From NCBI GenBank assembly GCA_965662895.1, contig CBFIJH010000001.1, positions 128,001-192,000 of the forward strand: DNA of 64,000 nucleotides, read 5' to 3'. The notes under the pieces are model-generated. The model did not search any database, was not told the origin of the DNA, and saw nothing but the letters and a program-made list of their open reading frames with translations. Each line of letters begins with the position of its first letter. Within the stretch, counting starts at the first letter, position 1. Origin of the DNA: Candidatus Poseidoniaceae archaeon (GTDB lineage Archaea > Thermoplasmatota > Poseidoniia > Poseidoniales > Poseidoniaceae). Below are positions 18,531-27,777 of this stretch, in pieces. The translations under genes and the position numbers were made by a program.

Positions 18531-19325
18531 GTGGTCAACGATTTTGTCACCTTCCAAGTGGCTGCTGTATGCGGTCTAATCGGAATGACGCTTGGATGGC
18601 GCGGTGTGATGACAAAATATTCCGGTTTCTACGATCTTCCCACCGCCTGGAATCAAGTTTTTTGGGGGATTTTACTCGGTGGAGCCTTCGCTTCCTATGC
18701 AGATAGTTCCCTTTTCCTTCCGTATTATGAAGCACAAATATCTGGTGTTCGAACTGCAGAATTGAATGTTATTCGTCTCATCTTGGTCCCCTTAATCGCA
18801 ACGATTGGAATGCATTTTCTTCTCCGTAGGAAACGCGTTCGTAAAGGTGGATCTCAAGCAACAAGCGGTTGGGCACTCGGTCTTGCAGTTGGAGGTATGT
18901 TCGCTATTGTCCTTATCACTCGGAAGATTCAAGCAGGTTTTGGGTCGTCCATCGACGTTGCCACAATCGTGTTGATTGGGTTTTTTGCACCTCGAGTGGA
19001 GGCAGTGATTACTGCATATCATGGAACATTAATGCTCAGAGGTAAACGCTGGGGTGCAATTTTCCGTGCAACATTTTGGCGTGCATCCTCACTGACCATG
19101 TTTTACTTTGCTTGGTTTAGCCCCATTGCTTGGGTTTTCATTGTACCACCAGTTCTTCTCGTTCAGGATTCCGCTGAAAAATGGGTGTGGGATTCCGTCC
19201 CGAAGGAAGGTCGACGTCGCTGGAGGCGAATGCAGGCTGACAAAAAACGAGAACAACAAGCATCCTCCAGGCTGATACAAGCACCGAAACAAGCGCAGGT
19301 GGCTGCGATATTCGATGATGAATGA
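18531..19325 (+). CDS. Hypothetical multi-pass membrane protein
   Basis: About 6-7 hydrophobic segments, basic C-terminal tail. Confidence 0.7.
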   Translation: MVNDFVTFQVAAVCGLIGMTLGWRGVMTKYSGFYDLPTAWNQVFWGILLGGAFASYADSSLFLPYYEAQISGVRTAELNVIRLILVPLIATIGMHFLLRRKRVRKGGSQATSGWALGLAVGGMFAIVLITRKIQAGFGSSIDVATIVLIGFFAPRVEAVITAYHGTLMLRGKRWGAIFRATFWRASSLTMFYFAWFSPIAWVFIVPPVLLVQDSAEKWVWDSVPKEGRRRWRRMQADKKREQQASSRLIQAPKQAQVAAIFDDE

Positions 19326-19410
19326 AGTCGCCGCCAAAGACATCATGTATCAATGGTTTGGTCGGTCTTCTCACACAAGCATTAAACCATGACTGCGAAA
19401 GCAACAATGC

Positions 19411-21006
19411 ATGGGTTCCTGCCCTTACTGCAGCGCGACTACGTTGCCAGCGGACACTATCTGCTATTCATGTGGTCGGGTTTTGACGAACAGTTCCATC
19501 ATGGAACAGAGAATCCAGTTGCAAAAAGAACGTTACAACAATCTCAATGCATACAAAATGACGTCAACCCCGAAACGGCGTGGTGTTGTTCAAACAGATC
19601 GTGGCCGAACCAAGAACATCCTCAAAGGACGCAAGAATCGTTTCCGCAGCCTCATTATGCTTGGATTGGTTGCGTTCATTATGCTCTCACCTCAGGCAAG
19701 GGAGATGACGATTGGAAAAATTGGAGAGGCAAAAGAGTTCATCATGAATCCGACATCGGGATACCTCGTTTACGATATCGAGGCCGATTACACACTCAAT
19801 CGAATCATCACATACGAAAACGAAGACACAGATATGAATGAATTCTTCAACGAAACGTTACCAATATCACCCGATGTTTATGCATTGGAAGACAGCAATT
19901 TCATGTATTCGTACACCGATGGTTCTCAAGACTTGCCCAACCAAAAGATACAGGACGTGACCGAAATCGAGTTACGAGTAGACGGCCAATCGATCAATAT
20001 TCCAACCGAGAATTCAGCCATACGATCGCACAATGAGGCAATCGTTACGCAAGGAGGACACAAAATTTGGTGGCCCGGTACATCAGGTTCAGGTGTTCAC
20101 TATTGCATCGGGGGACCTTGTGTCAAGCTCAATGTAAATTTAGAGCCCAGTGAAACGCTCACTGTCGAATATTTGGTTACCATCAGCACGAAGTCCTACT
20201 CATGGTGGTCCGAAGTTGACGATGTCGATCCAAGGATTCCAGGATATTCTTCAGGTATTCTTGAGCAAAACAGTGGAACATTTGATGATTTCCAGAACCG
20301 TGGCCAGGGTGAACGTCAATCTGATTTCTCTGCGCTAAGGTGGTACAACAAAAATCGTCCAGATTACGCTATTGACGCAACAGGTGCAACCGTCATAGCA
20401 GCTGTTTCTGCTATCGATTCAAACCTTCCCGATGGCAACCAGAATGCGTATGCATTCGCTCGAGCTGCTTTCGATTATATTCGAGACAACATCGAATACT
20501 ACACTTGTCCGCCCGGTGATTCAAGTTGTGCAGGATTGCCCGCTCTCAGCGGCCCATCTTGTCTGGCAGCAGGCCAGGGTGATTGCGATGAACAAACCAA
20601 TGCTTTCCTGAGCCTTCTTCGTGCAAAAGGCATACCTGGCTGGTATGTGTTTGGAATCTTATCCAGCAATTCCTATTCAAAATGGGAAGCGCATGCTTGG
20701 GGTTACATCCAATTGCCAATGTCGACAGAATGGTGCAATGAAAACAAGATTGAACTCGACACGTGCTACATTGAAGCCTCGGTTGACGTAACCAACAACA
20801 AATGGCTGCTACACACAGCATCTGCGCTCATCGATTGGATAGAGCAACCCGACCCAGGTCGAGATGGAACCTACATCAACGCTTATTATCGGCCACTTTC
20901 TTATTCTGATACGGACGATGATGATGTCCGAGTACAACGCGACCGAATCTTTGCCTTGGAAGGCCCTGTGAGTTACGGTGGCGGTAAGTTCCCAGTTTAC
21001 AGTTGA
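19411..21006 (+). CDS. Membrane-anchored transglutaminase-like protein with N-terminal zinc ribbon
   Basis: CPYC..CYSC, one TM, then GDCDE (Cys), HAW (His), DVT (Asp) triad and LLRAKGIP. Confidence 0.8.
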   Translation: MGSCPYCSATTLPADTICYSCGRVLTNSSIMEQRIQLQKERYNNLNAYKMTSTPKRRGVVQTDRGRTKNILKGRKNRFRSLIMLGLVAFIMLSPQAREMTIGKIGEAKEFIMNPTSGYLVYDIEADYTLNRIITYENEDTDMNEFFNETLPISPDVYALEDSNFMYSYTDGSQDLPNQKIQDVTEIELRVDGQSINIPTENSAIRSHNEAIVTQGGHKIWWPGTSGSGVHYCIGGPCVKLNVNLEPSETLTVEYLVTISTKSYSWWSEVDDVDPRIPGYSSGILEQNSGTFDDFQNRGQGERQSDFSALRWYNKNRPDYAIDATGATVIAAVSAIDSNLPDGNQNAYAFARAAFDYIRDNIEYYTCPPGDSSCAGLPALSGPSCLAAGQGDCDEQTNAFLSLLRAKGIPGWYVFGILSSNSYSKWEAHAWGYIQLPMSTEWCNENKIELDTCYIEASVDVTNNKWLLHTASALIDWIEQPDPGRDGTYINAYYRPLSYSDTDDDDVRVQRDRIFALEGPVSYGGGKFPVYS

Positions 21007-21017
21007 GGTGATGAATC

Positions 21018-22439
21018 ATGCGTGTAATTATTGGAGGAGCAGGTCGAGTAGGTTCAGAATTAGCTCGTGCAATGCGAGCAGAAACCATGGATGTTGTCCT
21101 CATTGACAGCGATTCAAGGGCAGTAAAAAATGCACAATCACTTGATGCCCTTGTGATTCATGGAGACATTACCTCCCGAGAATCCTTGCAAGAAGCAGGT
21201 ATCGGGGACGCAACCGTATTTGTGGCAGTCACAGATTCCGATGATCGCAATCTCATTGCATGTGCTCTTGCAGAAGATGAATACAAACGCCAGAATGGGG
21301 TTTCAATCAAAAACAATCTCCTTTCCATTGGTCGTTTTCGTGATAGGAATTACGTGAACGAACATGAACAAGGGCACTTATCCCGTTGGGCTGCGGTCGA
21401 TTATGCCATTGACCCAGTGGACGGAGCAATTCAACGTCTTGCAACAGGCCTGCGTTCCTCTGCGATCGAGGAAGTGATTCCGTTTGGACATGAAGCCTAC
21501 ATCATTGAGTTGAACGTTACAAAAAATGCTGAGCAAGTCATCTATCAGACACTCGGAGAGGCAAGTCTCGGGATTGAAGGTGGATTGCCGCTTATTGTTG
21601 GAGTTAAGCGAGACGGTGAGCCCAGTACTGTTCCTGGCAAAGATTTCACCTTGATGCCAAAAGATCGGATTGCAGTAGCAACAAGTGGCCTTGGCTCGTT
21701 TAGCCGTATCTTAACCGCATTTGGGCATGAATCGATTGATTTCCCAACACAACCACGAGTTGCCATCATTGGAGCAACAGATGTTGGGAGAAGAATTGCT
21801 GAAAATTGGCTCAAAAATGGTGCCTATGTTACTGTTATTGAACGCAACCTCAACATTGCAAATGCGCTTTCAGGCTCAGATATTGGCGCCCATGCGAGTT
21901 TGGATGTCATTCATGGAGATTTCTTGGACCGAAATATTCTGACCGAAATTGGAATCAATGAACATCACATCGCTATCGCTGCACTGGAAGACGATCACAT
22001 TTCTATTGCTGCTGCGCTTTTGGCAAGCGACATGGGTGTGACACGCACTGGACTCATTCTGAAGGACTCCGATCTTGTGACCGTCACTCAACGCATGGGA
22101 ATCACGTTTGCGGTGGACATCAAACGCGTTGCCGTCGATAACATTCTCGCCCACATCCATACAAAAGCATCTGGAGCGTACGCTATTCTCTCCAACATTC
22201 CTGACGTTGTTGGCATCAGTCAAACTGTTTCGAAAGATTCAAAATATGCTGGTAAAATGATTGGGAATTCAGGTTTACCAGATTGGTCAAGGATTGCATT
22301 CATACAGCGACGTAATACAACAGGCTACTGGGAAACATTGCGACCTGCGAGGGAAAAAACGATTGTTGAGGGTGATCGACTCATTTTGTTTTGCCGACCG
22401 GATCGTGTTGCCGATCTTGAGAAACGATTCAAGGTGTGA
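21018..22439 (+). CDS. trkA: Trk K+ uptake NAD-binding subunit
   Basis: Two RCK N/C repeats, IGGAGRVG and IIGATDVG; GAGGTG SD. Confidence 0.9.
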   Translation: MRVIIGGAGRVGSELARAMRAETMDVVLIDSDSRAVKNAQSLDALVIHGDITSRESLQEAGIGDATVFVAVTDSDDRNLIACALAEDEYKRQNGVSIKNNLLSIGRFRDRNYVNEHEQGHLSRWAAVDYAIDPVDGAIQRLATGLRSSAIEEVIPFGHEAYIIELNVTKNAEQVIYQTLGEASLGIEGGLPLIVGVKRDGEPSTVPGKDFTLMPKDRIAVATSGLGSFSRILTAFGHESIDFPTQPRVAIIGATDVGRRIAENWLKNGAYVTVIERNLNIANALSGSDIGAHASLDVIHGDFLDRNILTEIGINEHHIAIAALEDDHISIAAALLASDMGVTRTGLILKDSDLVTVTQRMGITFAVDIKRVAVDNILAHIHTKASGAYAILSNIPDVVGISQTVSKDSKYAGKMIGNSGLPDWSRIAFIQRRNTTGYWETLRPAREKTIVEGDRLILFCRPDRVADLEKRFKV

Positions 22440-22441
22440 AC

Positions 22442-24082
22442 ATGCGATTTGATGTTCTCAATCTCATCCTTGGATGGACGCTCGTTGCACTGACCGTTCC
22501 GTTGTTATTGTGCGTTCTCGTCACTGGATTTTTGGACGACTGGGAACTTGCATTACGAGCATTTTCGATACCTGCAGGTCTTTCTCTATTGATCGGTCTT
22601 CTGATGTTGCGCTTTGGAACAAAACGGAACACACACAACCGATTACGAGACCGAGAGGCGTTCGCAGCCGTAGCACTGGTATGGCCACTTGCCGTATTTA
22701 TTGGCGCACTTCCATATTGGTTCGGAGGAATGTTTCACGGGCCGTTTACGGATGGTTCAACATTCTTGGATGTGGCACGAGGAGCCGTAAATTCATGGTT
22801 TGAATCGATGTCAGGGTTCACAACGACAGGTGCTACAGTCATCTCAACATCCATGAGCCCGAATTGTTTACCAGGTATGGATTGCATCAATTCCCAACCT
22901 CGTGGTCTTCTGTTTTGGAGATCGTTAACGCAGTGGTTTGGAGGAATGGGAATCATCATGCTTGGAATGATGATTTTATCTCGCGTCATCGGGGGAGGTA
23001 TGGCTCTTGCCCGTGCAGAATTAACAGGACCCTCACTCTCACGCTTGAAACCAAAACTACAGGAGACTGCCTTGGCTTTGTGGGGCCTGTATTTGGCACT
23101 AACTCTGCTTGAATTGGTTCTTTTACGAACCCTTGGAGGCATGAATTGGTTTGATTCGATTAATCACGCACTCACTACAATGCCAACAGGAGGGTTTTCA
23201 ACGTATGACGCAAGTATTGGTCATTTTCAATCCTACACAGTTGAGTTGATCATAATCTTGTTCATGTTTATTGGTGGAATTAACTTTACATTGCTGTGGT
23301 TCATTCGAGAGGGACAATTTCGTAAAGCTGCAGGTGATGAAGAATTCAAGAATTACATCGTATACATATTGACAACATTCGTGTTCATTACCATAGCTTT
23401 GCTCGCTACTCGTGATTATACAACAGCAGATTCATTCATTGATTCGCTGTTCCACGTTGTTTCACTTGGAACATCGACAGGGTATACATCGACAGATTAC
23501 ATGCAATGGCCTGTTGTGACACATCTGTTTCTCTTCCTTCTCATGATTGTTGGAGCCTCAGCTGGGAGCACGAGTGGTGGGTTGAAACTTTTACGAATTA
23601 ACCTCGCATTCAAAGTGGCCATGCGAGAATTGGTACGAATTGCCCAACCACGTAAAGTGCAAAAAATCCGCATGAATGGAGAGGTGGTTGGTGATCAACA
23701 ACTCGGTCTCATCGTTGGAATGTTGTTCGTTTGGATTGGACTGTTCGCTATCTCTTCGATCCTACTCGCATTCATTGTTCCAGGAGAAAATTTTGAATCC
23801 ATTCTAGCCTTAGTCGCCTCGAGTTTGGGCAACACTGGGCCAACAATAGGAAATTATGGTCCAACCGAAACATGGGCAGGTCTCAATTCAGGTGCACTCG
23901 TCATAACATCGATCTTGATGTGGTTTGGACGTCTTGAACTTCTGACTGCCGTTATCTTGTTGCATCCACATACGTGGAGGTCGGAATCCAAAGATCAAGC
24001 ACCGCGAGGTGCTCTGGCTCGATTGAAGCGAATGGTTTCAAGGGAGCCTCATGAAGATTCAGAACAAGGTCCTTTGGGCTGA
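22442..24082 (+). CDS. trkH: Trk K+ uptake membrane subunit
   Basis: FESMSGFTTTGAT, QWFGGMG, TGGFS, GSTSGGLK, GNTGP, GRLE filter motifs. Confidence 0.93.
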   Translation: MRFDVLNLILGWTLVALTVPLLLCVLVTGFLDDWELALRAFSIPAGLSLLIGLLMLRFGTKRNTHNRLRDREAFAAVALVWPLAVFIGALPYWFGGMFHGPFTDGSTFLDVARGAVNSWFESMSGFTTTGATVISTSMSPNCLPGMDCINSQPRGLLFWRSLTQWFGGMGIIMLGMMILSRVIGGGMALARAELTGPSLSRLKPKLQETALALWGLYLALTLLELVLLRTLGGMNWFDSINHALTTMPTGGFSTYDASIGHFQSYTVELIIILFMFIGGINFTLLWFIREGQFRKAAGDEEFKNYIVYILTTFVFITIALLATRDYTTADSFIDSLFHVVSLGTSTGYTSTDYMQWPVVTHLFLFLLMIVGASAGSTSGGLKLLRINLAFKVAMRELVRIAQPRKVQKIRMNGEVVGDQQLGLIVGMLFVWIGLFAISSILLAFIVPGENFESILALVASSLGNTGPTIGNYGPTETWAGLNSGALVITSILMWFGRLELLTAVILLHPHTWRSESKDQAPRGALARLKRMVSREPHEDSEQGPLG

Positions 24083-25582
24083 ATCGCGTTTTGGCTCTGG
24101 TTGTTGTTCGGGCTCAGATTCAGTTTCCACAACATCATCCAGCACTTCCAAGACCGAGTTAATAATCGGGCTCTTCCATTGCTCTTCAGCATCTTCATAT
24201 TCTTTGAGTAACGCTTTTGTCGATTTTCTCGACAGTGGTAAATTGCACAATGCAGCGTGCTCTTCAGCACTCAATCCCAAAGCAAGTGAAATTTCGAACC
24301 GATTGGGATCACCAAAAACTGGATTTTCTTGATGAAGCACACTCAACAATGGCATAAATTCTCTACGAACTGTCGAACGACTCGTTTTCGAGATATCAGC
24401 CAGATGATTGATGATTGCAGGACGCATCCACGAACCAGAGCGTCGTAAATAGTTCGGATAACTTGGATAGATACGAGATGGCAATGCTGTCGTATTTGCA
24501 ACACTTGCGGACAGAGAGGAGAGGTGAAGCGTCCAGTAGGAGGAGTGATGCGCAAGATCACGATACCTGCTTTCAACCGAACGATCTGCGAGAGTCAAAG
24601 CATTCGAACCTCGACGCATTGCCACAACATCAAACAACGAAGCGTTGTTCCAGTGAACCCAATTCATCAAATCCGAAGGTTGTTTGTCAATATTGCGGCC
24701 AATGGTGACAGCATCACTCGCAGAATCTGAGCGATAAAGCGATTCCATACCTGGGAACACTTCAGTTGTCATATCCCGAAGACCAGCATCGAGATGCTGT
24801 CGGACGGAAACTGCTTCCAACTTCTCAATTCCACCAGAGGTTAACACCTGCAAATCCCGAACGAGAGCACGAAGGTCACCATGATTCCCGTCAACGAGAA
24901 CATCGATAGCATCGTTTGTGTATTCAATGGATTCTTCACGAAGGACTCGTCGTGCAATTCGCCGTAATGCCTCATCAGAAACACGATCAAACGTAACCGT
25001 CAACAAATGTCGACTGAATCTGTCTTTTGTATTTCTCCAAGTCGATGATGAGCGTCCCCACAAACCCATAATGTCGTTGCATGCAAGGATAACCGGTTGT
25101 TTGGTTGCCTCCAAGAGTCGAAGAAGTTCAGCTTTCCCTCCCGAATCACCCGAAAGGGCGACCGATTCATCGTTCTCAATTCCTTTCCGGATACGATCTT
25201 CACTTACCGCCCGAAGCCCTCCGCCGATGTGGTCAACCTCATCCAGCAAGATAAGTGTCCGCTGTTGAGGTTTTGTCGGGTCGTGAAACAAGGACCGATG
25301 TGTGGATGATTGTGTTGCTGCTTTACGTATTGCTACAGCATTGCGTGTATCGCTAGCATTCAGTTCGATAACTGTCCATCCCATATCTTGGGCAATCGCT
25401 CGGGCAACTGTTGTTTTTCCCACACCAGGAGGACCGACCAAGAGTATACCCTTCTTTTTCGGTTGGCCACTCACCCAACCATCAAGCCATTCTCGGATTT
25501 TACGACGTTGTTGTTCATTCCCCTCGAGTTGATGCTCAGACGAGGGGCGATGGCGCTCAGTCCAGTCTGAAGCACCGCTCAT
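24059..25582 (-). CDS. rfcL: Replication factor C large subunit
   Basis: WTERHRP, GPPGVGKTT, IELNASD, LLDEVD, GDLR; C-terminal PIP box QRTLF. Confidence 0.92.
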   Translation of the reverse strand: MSGASDWTERHRPSSEHQLEGNEQQRRKIREWLDGWVSGQPKKKGILLVGPPGVGKTTVARAIAQDMGWTVIELNASDTRNAVAIRKAATQSSTHRSLFHDPTKPQQRTLILLDEVDHIGGGLRAVSEDRIRKGIENDESVALSGDSGGKAELLRLLEATKQPVILACNDIMGLWGRSSSTWRNTKDRFSRHLLTVTFDRVSDEALRRIARRVLREESIEYTNDAIDVLVDGNHGDLRALVRDLQVLTSGGIEKLEAVSVRQHLDAGLRDMTTEVFPGMESLYRSDSASDAVTIGRNIDKQPSDLMNWVHWNNASLFDVVAMRRGSNALTLADRSVESRYRDLAHHSSYWTLHLSSLSASVANTTALPSRIYPSYPNYLRRSGSWMRPAIINHLADISKTSRSTVRREFMPLLSVLHQENPVFGDPNRFEISLALGLSAEEHAALCNLPLSRKSTKALLKEYEDAEEQWKSPIINSVLEVLDDVVETESEPEQQPEPKRDSAQRTLF

Positions 25583-25603
25583 ATCACCGAGTCAACACGA
25601 CGG

Positions 25604-25611
25604 TTCATGAA
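25604..25611 (-). promoter_or_regulatory. TTCATGAA TATA-position element for rfcL
   Basis: At -29..-22 from ATG 25582. Confidence 0.6.
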
Positions 25612-25624
25612 GATGTTTCTTTGC

Positions 25625-27304
25625 TCATAGGAACGGAAGTTCGTCAATCGATATCCGGATTTGCGAACCATCATCACGATTACGAAGTGTGACTGTGTAA
25701 TCTTCAACAGACTGGTGGTCGACAGTCAAACAAATCGGAACACCGATTTCGTCGGCGCGAGCATAACGTTTCCCGATTGATCCACTTCCGTCATAAAGCG
25801 AAACCAGACCTGTTTTTTGACAACAACGTTGATGCAATTCAACCGCCAAAGTATCCATTCCATCTTTTTCAAACAGAGGAAGAATCGCAATATCGATTGG
25901 AGCGATCGATTCTGCGATTTTGAGCATTCGGTACGGTTCGCCACCTTTCTCGGTCTCTTCGTACGCATGATCGAGGACATGCCAGAGGATTCGATCGATT
26001 CCAAAAGCGGGTTCAACGACGTGTGGAATGTACCATTCACCAGTTTCTTTGACGGTTCGTTGAATACGTTTGACATGTTCTGGACCTATAGTCAGGATAC
26101 GACTATCCGAAAGTTCAACGTCGATAGGAAATTGTGTATCCGAATCAAACGTTTCGACAATGCTCTTGATTTGCCCCGCATCAGCTCGAAACGCCGGTCC
26201 AGCGGTACCACCATCAATCGTCCAACCATCGATTTCGATGATCTTTGGTTCAGGAAATTCTCGGCGAGCCCGGAGCGTTTTTCCAGTCGCTTGTTCATGC
26301 GCTTCCAAATCGTAACAACCTCGGTGGGCAATTCCCACACATTCGACCCAACCATACGAACCCTCAATCTCAACATCCCAACAATCCGATGCGTAATGGG
26401 CCATTTCATCTGGAGCATGTTGTCGGAATCGTAATCGTGATGGGTGGATACCGACCTCAACGAGGAAATCGTATGTTTTGCCCATGAAGTAACCGACAGT
26501 CGAATGGCGAACAAGATTGGTTTCAACAGCGTCCGGAAGTGTCATTTCGTGCAGGGTTCCTTCTCCATCAATGAGGTTGAATTCAACAAAAGACCATTGC
26601 GAAAAATCATGTTTGATCTCGTTTTGAGGGTCGATGAAATATTCCAATTCAGCCATGTTGAACTCTCGAAGCCGAATCATACCTTGACGTGGTGATATTT
26701 CGTTTCTGTATCCTTTCCCAACTTGAACTGCGCCAAACGGTAAACGCTCGCGAAAGTGGCGATACAAAGCAGGAAATGATGTGAACATACCTTGTGCTGT
26801 TTCAGGCCGGAGGAAACCATCCCTTCCTGAGGTTCCTGCGCCAATGGTTGTTGCGAACATTAAGTTCTGTGCAGTGACTTCTCCCCAATCTTTTAATCCA
26901 CAGGAAGGGCATTCAGGATTTATTGATTGCAAAAACGACTGCAATTCAGACTTTGAAAGTGCATCCGGATTTGGGTGGGAATCCTCCAAAAGCGTGTCTG
27001 CACGACTCGCTTCGTTGCATTGTCCACACACAGTCATAAAATCCGAAAATTCTCCAACGTGGCCACTGGCTTCTAGTACCTCGTACGGGGTCACAGTTGG
27101 ACAGGAGATTTCAACGACGTTACCAAGGGAAAGCCAATGATCGACCCAAACCTGGTTCAATCGAGAGCGAAGTCGTCCACCAACGGGTCCAAAGTCGTAC
27201 AGGCCTTTTGCACCACCATACAAATCAAATGCAGGGAGAAGAATACCTCGTTGCTTTAACATTCCTTGCAAACGTTCCAGGCGTTCATTCTTCCTGGTCA
27301 ACAA
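25625..27304 (-). CDS. glyS: Glycine--tRNA ligase (alpha2, archaeal/eukaryotic type)
   Basis: DFGPVG, ASGHV, LRPETAQG, RNEISPRQG.IRLREF, EPAFGIDR, IGKRYARADEIG. Confidence 0.95.
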   Translation of the reverse strand: MLTRKNERLERLQGMLKQRGILLPAFDLYGGAKGLYDFGPVGGRLRSRLNQVWVDHWLSLGNVVEISCPTVTPYEVLEASGHVGEFSDFMTVCGQCNEASRADTLLEDSHPNPDALSKSELQSFLQSINPECPSCGLKDWGEVTAQNLMFATTIGAGTSGRDGFLRPETAQGMFTSFPALYRHFRERLPFGAVQVGKGYRNEISPRQGMIRLREFNMAELEYFIDPQNEIKHDFSQWSFVEFNLIDGEGTLHEMTLPDAVETNLVRHSTVGYFMGKTYDFLVEVGIHPSRLRFRQHAPDEMAHYASDCWDVEIEGSYGWVECVGIAHRGCYDLEAHEQATGKTLRARREFPEPKIIEIDGWTIDGGTAGPAFRADAGQIKSIVETFDSDTQFPIDVELSDSRILTIGPEHVKRIQRTVKETGEWYIPHVVEPAFGIDRILWHVLDHAYEETEKGGEPYRMLKIAESIAPIDIAILPLFEKDGMDTLAVELHQRCCQKTGLVSLYDGSGSIGKRYARADEIGVPICLTVDHQSVEDYTVTLRNRDDGSQIRISIDELPFL

Positions 27305-27396
27305 ATCCCCTCAACCTACGCTGAAGGAGATGGCATTTCAACTTGACCTCATGAGAAAAGGCTTGATTTGAAAAACTACGGTCTGTTCGGACAACC

Positions 27397-27711
27397 ATGG
27401 GACAATCCATGGTGGCCATCACTGAGGCGGATTGTACTGGTTGTGACTTGTGCATACCCCATTGCCCATTCGAAGCACTGCTCCCGCTCAACGAAAATCC
27501 TCAAGTACGCAAACACAAGAAGCGACCAGTAATTGTCCTTGCATCGCAATGCGTTGGTTGTCTCTCATGCATTGGATCATGCCCGACCAAGGCACTGCAT
27601 GAAATCCTCATCCCCCCTATCACCACGACGTCACCGCTTCTAATCCCTGCAGATGACCCTGAAACAGAAACAATTCTTCGATGGGGTCGAAAGGGCATCG
27701 GTTGGGCCTAG
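27397..27711 (+). CDS. 2[4Fe-4S] ferredoxin-like protein
   Basis: CTGCDLCIPHCP and CVGCLSCIGSCP. Confidence 0.88.
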   Translation: MGQSMVAITEADCTGCDLCIPHCPFEALLPLNENPQVRKHKKRPVIVLASQCVGCLSCIGSCPTKALHEILIPPITTTSPLLIPADDPETETILRWGRKGIGWA

Positions 27712-27777
27712 GGAAAAAACGAAACAATCATATGTATCATACCAAGCCTCCACACCACTGAGATTGGTGGAAAAAAT

